A stretch of DNA of 45,860 nt. Origin: Candidatus Hermodarchaeota archaeon. Lineage in GTDB: Archaea; Asgardarchaeota; Lokiarchaeia; Sigyniarchaeales; SOKP01. The translations under genes were made by a program, and so were the position numbers. Every line of letters starts with the position of its first letter. The stretch's first letter is position 1. Below, piece by piece: positions 39,421-45,860 of the stretch. The notes under the pieces were generated by a model. That model ran no database searches. It was not told the origin of the DNA and saw only the letters and a list, made by a program, of their open reading frames with translations. Location: positions 40,030 to 85,889 of the forward strand of contig JBHLLO010000003.1 in NCBI GenBank assembly GCA_048885535.1, written 5' to 3'.

Positions 39421-40929
39421 TTAATCTCTTTTATAATTTAAATTGACTTTTAATAAAAACTTGGGAGGCGTGCGGACTTTAATCGATTGTTCAAAAGAAT
39501 ATGCTATCTTAAGTAATTTTGGTTCCTGAAATGCTCCCCCAAAAAAGGATATTCCAATGGGCAAACCAAACACATATCCTGCTGGAACTGTTATATTGGG
39601 GTACCCAGCGACTGCTGCCAGAGAGGAGCTACCCCCAGTAAAATGATCTCCATTAATGTAATCAATTAACCAAGCAGGACCTCCGCTCGGAGCAACAATA
39701 GCATCTAATTGGTGCTCATTTATGGCCGCATCAATTCCTTCCTCTCGGGCAAAACGTTGGCATTTTTCTATTGCTTCTTTGTACTCTTCACTTGTTATTG
39801 GCTCTTTTTCATTTGCCATAAGGAATAGTTCTTGCCCAAAATATGGCATAATATCTTGTCTATGATTTTCATTAAACCTTATTAAATCCTCGAGGTTTCT
39901 TATAGAATTTATTGGGCCATATTTAAGTAGATATTGATTTAAATCATGCTTAAAATCATATAAAAGAACTACTAATTCAGGTTCCTCTAAACTATCAAGA
40001 GTTTTAAATTCGATGGGATCTATTATATCAGCACCTAAAGCCCTCATTTTATCAACGCTTTTCTCCATAATTTTATCAATGTATTCATTCTTACCAAAGA
40101 AATTGCGAGCTATACCTATTCTAGCACTTTTCAAACCATCTAGATCTAAAAATTGGGTGTAATCTTCATGAATTTTAGTGTAATTGCCGATTGTGCTTGG
40201 ATCATCTGGATCGACTCCGACTAACACGTTTAATAGAATTGTTGCATCATAAATGGATTTCGCAATAGGTCCAGCAGTATCTTGGTGATGAGAAATTGGA
40301 ATAATTCCATTTCTGCTAATCAATCCTATTGTTGGTTTAATTCCAACAACTGAATTAATATGTGAGGGGCATATGATTGACCCATCAGTTTCAGTACCAA
40401 TGGCTATTGGACATAAATTAGCTGCTACTGCAGCAGCCGAGCCAGAACTTGAACCACATGGATTTCTATCTAGAGCATATGGATTTAGCGTCTGCCCACC
40501 TCGACTACTCCAACCACTGGTAGAACGAGTTGAACGAAAATTAGCCCATTCACTTAAGTTAGCTTTTGCAATGATAATGGCACCTGCTTTCCGTAAGTTT
40601 TTAACTATAAATGCATCTTCTAAAGCATAATGTCCTTCTAAGGCTAGGGAGCCCGCTGTAGTCTGCATTTTATCAGCAGTATTAATATTATCTTTAATGA
40701 TGATGGGAATACCATGTAATGGTCCTCGGTTATTGTTGTCTTTCCATTCATCATCTAAATTTTCTGCAATTTTTAATGCATCAGGATTCAGTTCAATTAC
40801 AGAATTAATTTTTGGTCCAGATTTATCAATTTCATGGATGCGCCGCAAATACATTCCAATAAGTTTTCTAGCAGAAATTTCCCCGTTTTTCATTAATACA
40901 TTAATTTCTTTAATGCTATATTCATTCAT
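39421..40929 (-). CDS. Amidase (amidase signature family)
   Basis: GPLHGIP..IKDNI, KANLSEWANFRS, GSSSGS, IGTETDGSI. Confidence 0.95.
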   Translation of the reverse strand: MNEYSIKEINVLMKNGEISARKLIGMYLRRIHEIDKSGPKINSVIELNPDALKIAENLDDEWKDNNNRGPLHGIPIIIKDNINTADKMQTTAGSLALEGHYALEDAFIVKNLRKAGAIIIAKANLSEWANFRSTRSTSGWSSRGGQTLNPYALDRNPCGSSSGSAAAVAANLCPIAIGTETDGSIICPSHINSVVGIKPTIGLISRNGIIPISHHQDTAGPIAKSIYDATILLNVLVGVDPDDPSTIGNYTKIHEDYTQFLDLDGLKSARIGIARNFFGKNEYIDKIMEKSVDKMRALGADIIDPIEFKTLDSLEEPELVVLLYDFKHDLNQYLLKYGPINSIRNLEDLIRFNENHRQDIMPYFGQELFLMANEKEPITSEEYKEAIEKCQRFAREEGIDAAINEHQLDAIVAPSGGPAWLIDYINGDHFTGGSSSLAAVAGYPNITVPAGYVFGLPIGISFFGGAFQEPKLLKIAYSFEQSIKVRTPPKFLLKVNLNYKRD

Positions 40930-41120
40930 TTTTTACATCTTTTTAATAATAATATTTGATAGACATAATATTTATAAAATTCTTTGTTTCCCTTCCTTAG
41001 ATTCATGTCTATTAGTATATATTTTTAAGTTTTAATAATCCAATCAATGAAAATGATGTAATACTAGAAAACTAATTATAAGAAATTTAATTATGTTACT
41101 TAACCCCAAAAATTAATAAA

Positions 41121-41309
41121 ATGATTAATACGAGTAAAAAATACCAACAGAGAGTAAAACGACTTAAAGATCATAAAAGTGATGAAGAAGGAAAACCACA
41201 CCAAGAAAAAATAAAATCATATTCGAGTAATATTAAAGTAAGTCAATTAAAAAAAAATGATAAAAAAATTCATGAAAAGCTCGATAAAAGTGAGTATACT
41301 TGGTTATAG
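41121..41309 (+). CDS. Small basic hypothetical protein
   Basis: 62-aa hydrophilic ATG ORF; no motif. Confidence 0.4.
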   Translation: MINTSKKYQQRVKRLKDHKSDEEGKPHQEKIKSYSSNIKVSQLKKNDKKIHEKLDKSEYTWL

Positions 41310-41360
41310 AGAGAGATGAACAGATTAACTTGAATTTCTCTAAAAAACTCACATCCTTAG

Positions 41361-41588
41361 TTTTAAACCTTTTAATGTCCTTACATCTAACGTACAATTG
41401 AAGAAATTAGAGATTATGCTGAAAGCAAGGCTCTATCTTTTCAGGCTATTAACTTAAAAAGTTGTAAAGAAGCTCAACAGAATCAAATACATCCATATGG
41501 AACATATTGCATTTTTTTTGATGGTAAATTGTTATCGTATATACCTGGAGAGAGAAGAAGAATATTGGACTTATTAAATGAGAAATGA
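41361..41588 (+). pseudogene. Decayed YoaP-like / thioredoxin-fold C-terminal domain remnant
   Basis: The frame reads F*TF*CPYI*RTIEEIRDYAESKALSFQAINLKSCKEAQQNQIHPYGTYCIFFDGKLLSY...EK*, with three in-frame TAA stops and no start. Confidence 0.6.
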
Positions 41589-41609
41589 AGGAGTGACTCG
41601 AATCTATCG

Positions 41610-42047
41610 CTATTTGATAATATGTTTACCTTCACTTAATTTTTGATTTAAATCTACAAAGGCTTTTTTCCATGCTTTCTCAAAAAAGTTACGGGCTTCC
41701 TCCCATTCTGAGCTTTTCCTCCAACCAGTATGGAATAGATAAACTATGGTAGTATTCTTGTTATCACTTGGAAAGAAAAATATCACAACATGAGTCAATG
41801 GATCAGCAAAATTCATAAATGAATGGAATTGTTCGGGACCCTTCCAATCAAATGATATAAATTTATTAATTTCAATTCCAGTAATTTTACACCCAATAGT
41901 ACTATTCAAAGCAGGATTAACAGGATCCCAAAAAAGTTCATACTTACCTCCAACTCTAGGTTCTACATCAGCCTTTTCAGGTAACCAAGTTTCTAGTAAA
42001 TAATTTACAGTAAACATCTTGAAAGCTGAGTCTAAATCACAATTCAA
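41610..42047 (-). CDS. SRPBCC/AHSA1 (START-like) domain protein; start probably a few codons further upstream
   Basis: AFKMFT...L..W, VEPRVGGKYELFW, GCKIT, ISF.W, T.V.L.HTGW; the frame stays open upstream to 42083. Confidence 0.85.
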   Translation of the reverse strand: MNCDLDSAFKMFTVNYLLETWLPEKADVEPRVGGKYELFWDPVNPALNSTIGCKITGIEINKFISFDWKGPEQFHSFMNFADPLTHVVIFFFPSDNKNTTIVYLFHTGWRKSSEWEEARNFFEKAWKKAFVDLNQKLSEGKHIIK

Positions 42048-42187
42048 TTCAGTCTTAAGAAAGATTATACTTTCGATTTTAAATCAACTTTAGCTATTTT
42101 CTTATAGTATATTTAATATAATAACATAATAGTTTATTAATACAAATTATTCAATCTTGATAGCAAATTTGAGGGTAGAATCGAATA

Positions 42188-42982
42188 ATGAATGGTGAAA
42201 ATTTGATTTTATATGAAGTAGTAGGTCGTATTGCTACAATTACGATAAATAGACCAGATAAAGCTAACTCTTGTAATGTTGATATGTTAAAGAAGATTCA
42301 TGCGAACTTAATTAATGCTGATGAAAATGAGAAAGTAAAATGTATTCTCATTAAAAGTAAGGGTGAAAAGTTCTTTTCTGCAGGATATGATTTAAAAGAT
42401 ATTCAAGGATCTCCTGAACAAGCAAGGATGATTACAGAATGGGGGAGAAATGTGAATGAAACAATTGTTCTTTTAAAAAAGCCTGTAATCGTCCAAGTTC
42501 AAGGTATTGCAATTGGCTTTGGTGTTTTAATTACACTAGCATCGGATTTACGTGTTTTTGCCGAGAGACCAAAAGAGGAATTATATTTGAGGCTACCGGA
42601 AATAGCCATTTCAGCGTTTCCTCAAACTGGTGCTACTTTCCTTCCTTTAACGGCTTTTGGATTGACAATAGCAAAAAATCTTTTATTTACTACCGATACT
42701 GTGGGAGTTCAAGAACTAAAAAATATTAATTTTCCAACCCGCGTATTTCCATTAGAAACACTTGAAGAGGATACCCTTGCTTTTGTTAAACAATTAACCA
42801 AATATAAAACAGAGTTTTTATTCTTTATTAAATCTATGTTAGCAATAATGAATAAGCGTTATATCAAATCTTGTTTTGATCTAGAAGATGAGTGCGGTAA
42901 GGCAGCTTATGAGAAAGAAAAGAGATCAATGAAGGAACTAGATGATTTTATTAAAGGTTTATACAAGAAGTATTCTGAATAA
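42188..42982 (+). CDS. Enoyl-CoA hydratase/isomerase (crotonase) family
   Basis: IATITINRPDKAN, FFSAGYDL, KPVI..VQG.AIG.G, LPE. Confidence 0.9.
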   Translation: MNGENLILYEVVGRIATITINRPDKANSCNVDMLKKIHANLINADENEKVKCILIKSKGEKFFSAGYDLKDIQGSPEQARMITEWGRNVNETIVLLKKPVIVQVQGIAIGFGVLITLASDLRVFAERPKEELYLRLPEIAISAFPQTGATFLPLTAFGLTIAKNLLFTTDTVGVQELKNINFPTRVFPLETLEEDTLAFVKQLTKYKTEFLFFIKSMLAIMNKRYIKSCFDLEDECGKAAYEKEKRSMKELDDFIKGLYKKYSE

Positions 42983-43014
42983 ATGAATAATTATGTTAAT
43001 TTATTTTTTCTTTA

Positions 43015-43686
43015 TTAATTAGTACTATAAAGGTGACTATTACCTTTTTTGCCAGTAATAGTAAGCATATTCATTTTTCTAAGAGTATATGTTATCATTT
43101 GAGCTAACCTAACTTTTATATTTAGAGAATCGGCAAGCATATGATTTGTAAATGGATTTTTAAGTTCCATCGGAATTAATTGTAATAATTGCTCAGGAGT
43201 AGAAAACATCTTCCAATCCAGTACTTTAAGCAATCTTCGGTCATAAACACTCCATCCCTTTCTCCTCCAACTTCCTTTATTGTCTCTTACTTGAATTTCC
43301 TCTGCTTGAATTAATAAAATCTCAATTGTGAGATTAAAATGTGACAATAGATGAGGAATATAAATTAATTCTTTGAAAATGTTGAGAAAGGAACCATGTT
43401 GAGGTGATAACCTTTTCTGATTTATTCTGTTGCCAGTTTGTTGTAATTTAATGATCCACTTATCTTTTATTATAGGATAAATTAAAAGCACTTGGTTATT
43501 CTTAAGAAGTTCTTCGAGTTTTCTTCTTATTTTGGAAAAATTTTTTATTTGAATCTCGATTAGTAATTCTTCACGGACAATATCAACAATGTATTTACCA
43601 ATTGAGCTTTCAACCTTATCACCGGGTTCTTTATAAATTTGTTTTAAAGCTGCATGTAATGAACTTTCTTTTAATGTGCCAATCAT
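43015..43686 (-). CDS. Conserved hypothetical protein, PD-(D/E)XK nuclease-like with C-terminal wHTH
   Basis: IGTL.E.SLH..LK, YIVDI....LIEIQ, C-terminal FT...LA..L......AQ...Y.L..M.....GK.G....Y. Confidence 0.6.
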   Translation of the reverse strand: MIGTLKESSLHAALKQIYKEPGDKVESSIGKYIVDIVREELLIEIQIKNFSKIRRKLEELLKNNQVLLIYPIIKDKWIIKLQQTGNRINQKRLSPQHGSFLNIFKELIYIPHLLSHFNLTIEILLIQAEEIQVRDNKGSWRRKGWSVYDRRLLKVLDWKMFSTPEQLLQLIPMELKNPFTNHMLADSLNIKVRLAQMITYTLRKMNMLTITGKKGNSHLYSTN

Positions 43687-43719
43687 TAATAATTAGAATT
43701 TTATACAAGCAATTAAAAA

Positions 43720-43938
43720 ATGAATATTATTAAGAGAATATGCTCAGCTTTATCTCAGATTTTATATTTAATATTCTATATGAAAGATGATATAGAAAGA
43801 AGATTACATCGTGTTAAAATAATGTTAAATAAGAATAATATAAAATGCCCATTTTCTAAACAATGTGATGTAGCAGAAAATTCTTATAGATGTAATCAAT
43901 TCTATGAAAAATGTTCTTATTTTAGAACCTTTAAGTAA
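43720..43938 (+). CDS. Small Cys-rich hypothetical protein (likely start ATG 43780)
   Basis: CPFSKQC...C......C..F in the C-terminal half. Confidence 0.45.
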   Translation: MNIIKRICSALSQILYLIFYMKDDIERRLHRVKIMLNKNNIKCPFSKQCDVAENSYRCNQFYEKCSYFRTFK

Positions 43939-43947
43939 GTTAAATAT

Positions 43948-44039
43948 ATATTGTCATTTTTCATTTTTTGCAAACATTTAAATATGCACTTTTCATATAT
44001 TTTACATAATATTGTCATTTATTGAAAAATGCAAATATT
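43948..44039 (+). promoter_or_regulatory. PadR-gene promoter flanked by a repeated candidate operator
   Basis: ATATTGTCATTT at 43948-43959 and 44009-44020 flank GCAAAC-ATTTAAATA (43970-43984). Confidence 0.5.
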
Positions 44040-44050
44040 GCTGATATTGC

Positions 44051-44668
44051 TTGACTGAAGATTATATCTTAAAGCATCGCGCTTTTGTTATTTTAGGTTT
44101 AGTTAATGAGAAGATGCATGAAGGTGGATGTCATGCATATGATATTAATAAGAGAATTGAAGAACGAGGAATGAGAGATTGGACAAGCATAGGAGCGGAT
44201 TTCTCATTCTCTACAATTTATAGAACTTTAGATAGATTAGAAAATGAGAAATTAGTAGAGAGTTTCGAAGAAGAGATTGATAATAGGCCACGAAAAAATT
44301 ACAAAATCACTGATTATGGATATAAAATTTTAAAGAAAAAAGTTTATGATGTTATCTATAATTACATAGGGAAAATGGATGAAGACTTCTATGTTGCATT
44401 TTCAATGTTTCCAATTCTAAGTCTTAAAGAACAAATTGAAGCATTTAGTCATGCTATAGAAATCATAAAAACACATAGAAAAGAACTAGAAAATATGTTA
44501 GATGAAATGTTGTCGAACTTTCCAAGCATACCAATCAATGTAACAGGACTTTTTATACACCCAATTAAAATTCTCGAGACTGATGAAGACTTTTTTGAGA
44601 TGGTCTTGGATAAGATTAAACATCTTAAGGGAAATATCAACCCTGAGGATTATAAAAAAGTTGAGTGA
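44051..44668 (+). CDS. PadR-family transcriptional regulator
   Basis: VILGL..E...HAYDI, STIY..L..LE...LV, RPRK.Y.IT..G. Confidence 0.9.
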   Translation: MTEDYILKHRAFVILGLVNEKMHEGGCHAYDINKRIEERGMRDWTSIGADFSFSTIYRTLDRLENEKLVESFEEEIDNRPRKNYKITDYGYKILKKKVYDVIYNYIGKMDEDFYVAFSMFPILSLKEQIEAFSHAIEIIKTHRKELENMLDEMLSNFPSIPINVTGLFIHPIKILETDEDFFEMVLDKIKHLKGNINPEDYKKVE

Positions 44669-44680
44669 GGTAGTTATGAA

Positions 44681-45817
44681 ATGAAACACATGGTTAAAGA
44701 TTTTATACATCGAATAGGTCATCATTGCGAATCATCTTCAATGAGGGATTTATTTGAGTATTATGGATTTGCAATGTCAGAACCGATGGTATTTGGATTG
44801 GATGCAACAATGGGATTTGGATTTTTTGACACAACAGGTCAAACTTCTTTTATGCCTGAATCGGATATCCCATTCTTCTTAGGCGGAAAGCAAGGAACAA
44901 TCGAACCTAATAGTTTGGCATGCCGATTATTAGGTATTACGTTAAGAAAACAATCATTTACGAATGCAGACAAAGCTTGGGAAGAATCTAAGAGGATGCT
45001 AGACCAAGATATTCCACTTTTATTAAGAGTGGATATAGCATATATGCCATATGAGGAATTTGATAAGGAAACGGATGAAGCTCATTTTGGAGGGCATGCA
45101 GTAACCTTAGGAGGTTATGATGAAGAAAAGGGAGTAGTCTATATAGGGGATACAGAATTTGAGGGATTTCAAGAAGTTCCAATTGATGTCCTTAAGATAG
45201 CGAGGAGTTCGACATATGGACCAAAGTTTATGCATCCGAACAATACTCAATTCTCCATGAAACGTCGCCCTAACGGTAAACACCCACCTTTAGCCGGAGG
45301 AGTTAAGTTAGCGATTCAAAAAGCAGTAAATAACATGTTACGTCCCTCAATGAATTTTAACGGTATTCAAGGCTTAAAACAATTTGCAAATTCTATACTG
45401 AGATGGAGAGAAAAACTAAATAAGGTTATTATAAATTCGAAGGGAAAAGAAAGATCCTTAGCTCGCTTAATGTTTGAGCTTATACATGGATATATTGAAA
45501 CATGGGGTACGGGAGGAGGTTTATTTAGAATGCTCTATAAAGAGTTTTTGGAGGAAATATTAACCCATCCTGAGCTTAAGGAAGGCCCTAGGGCATGGAG
45601 TTCCGAAGAATTCAAGATTCTCGAAGATTGTATCCCTATAATTAACGATTCTGCTCAAAAATGGACTTTAATAGCAGAAACATTGAAGAATGCAGCCGAG
45701 GAGCATAAAGATGATTGTATAAACTACGTAAGTTTAAAGGAACTCTATAATGTTGCAGCTTATATCCAATCTAAGGAAGAAAATTTATTTCAAAAACTAT
45801 CAAAAATAAAGGTTTAA
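44681..45817 (+). CDS. BtrH_N/DUF4872-like papain-fold (C39-like) peptidase protein
   Basis: GHHCESS, SE.M.FGL, P.LL.VD..Y.PY, HFGGH.V.L.GYD, VYIGD, GTGGGLFR.LY.EFL. Confidence 0.8.
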   Translation: MKHMVKDFIHRIGHHCESSSMRDLFEYYGFAMSEPMVFGLDATMGFGFFDTTGQTSFMPESDIPFFLGGKQGTIEPNSLACRLLGITLRKQSFTNADKAWEESKRMLDQDIPLLLRVDIAYMPYEEFDKETDEAHFGGHAVTLGGYDEEKGVVYIGDTEFEGFQEVPIDVLKIARSSTYGPKFMHPNNTQFSMKRRPNGKHPPLAGGVKLAIQKAVNNMLRPSMNFNGIQGLKQFANSILRWREKLNKVIINSKGKERSLARLMFELIHGYIETWGTGGGLFRMLYKEFLEEILTHPELKEGPRAWSSEEFKILEDCIPIINDSAQKWTLIAETLKNAAEEHKDDCINYVSLKELYNVAAYIQSKEENLFQKLSKIKV

Positions 45818-45825
45818 GTGGAAAA

Positions 45826-45860
45826 ATGGTTGATAATAATTTAGCCGCCCCTTGTGGGTT
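45826..45860 (+). CDS. Start of a DUF3795-like Cys-rich protein, truncated by the window edge
   Basis: MVDNNLAAPCG..; only 11 full codons are visible. Confidence 0.4.
   Translation, partial: MVDNNLAAPCG

Noticed and set aside
41361-41400. TAA-to-Gln recoding
   Set aside because: TAA is the normal stop for many intact genes in the window; pseudogenisation is simpler.
1186-45182. Short ORF-track entries overlapping larger genes (e.g. 1186-1410, 1758-1958, 8118-8315, 13933-14163, 27319-27636, 30859-31161, 32386-32679, 34375-35421, 40373-41035, 44449-45182)
   Set aside because: Antisense or alternate-frame shadows of well-supported genes, with no motifs of their own.

Overview
Very AT-rich archaeal chromosomal window. 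The evidence for archaeal origin is a TFB gene, archaeal RFC subunits, a tungsten-type AOR and BRE/TATA promoters. Together with bacterial-type grpE-dnaK-dnaJ, pepT and class II fba, many small Zn-ribbon genes and GlcD/HdrD clusters, this most resembles an Asgard archaeon of the Lokiarchaeia; that assignment is an inference. Contents in order: the 3' part of a very large helical-repeat protein with recently expanded 387-bp units; a CdrS/aCcr1-like RHH regulator with repeated upstream boxes; a three-gene RFC operon (active small subunit, ATPase-degenerate Rfc5-like small subunit, large subunit); a divergent lipid/redox cluster (two FAD oxidases, HdrD-like Fe-S protein, SCP2, CrtC/AttH-like protein, FixC/FixX); grpE-dnaK-dnaJ-tfb with a palindromic operator; pyk; AOR; a small-ORF island with candidate structured RNAs; several hydrolases; and a PadR/BtrH-like peptidase/DUF3795 operon cut by the right edge. 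I found no tRNA, rRNA, CRISPR array or transposase. All family calls come from motif recognition by eye, not from database searches.
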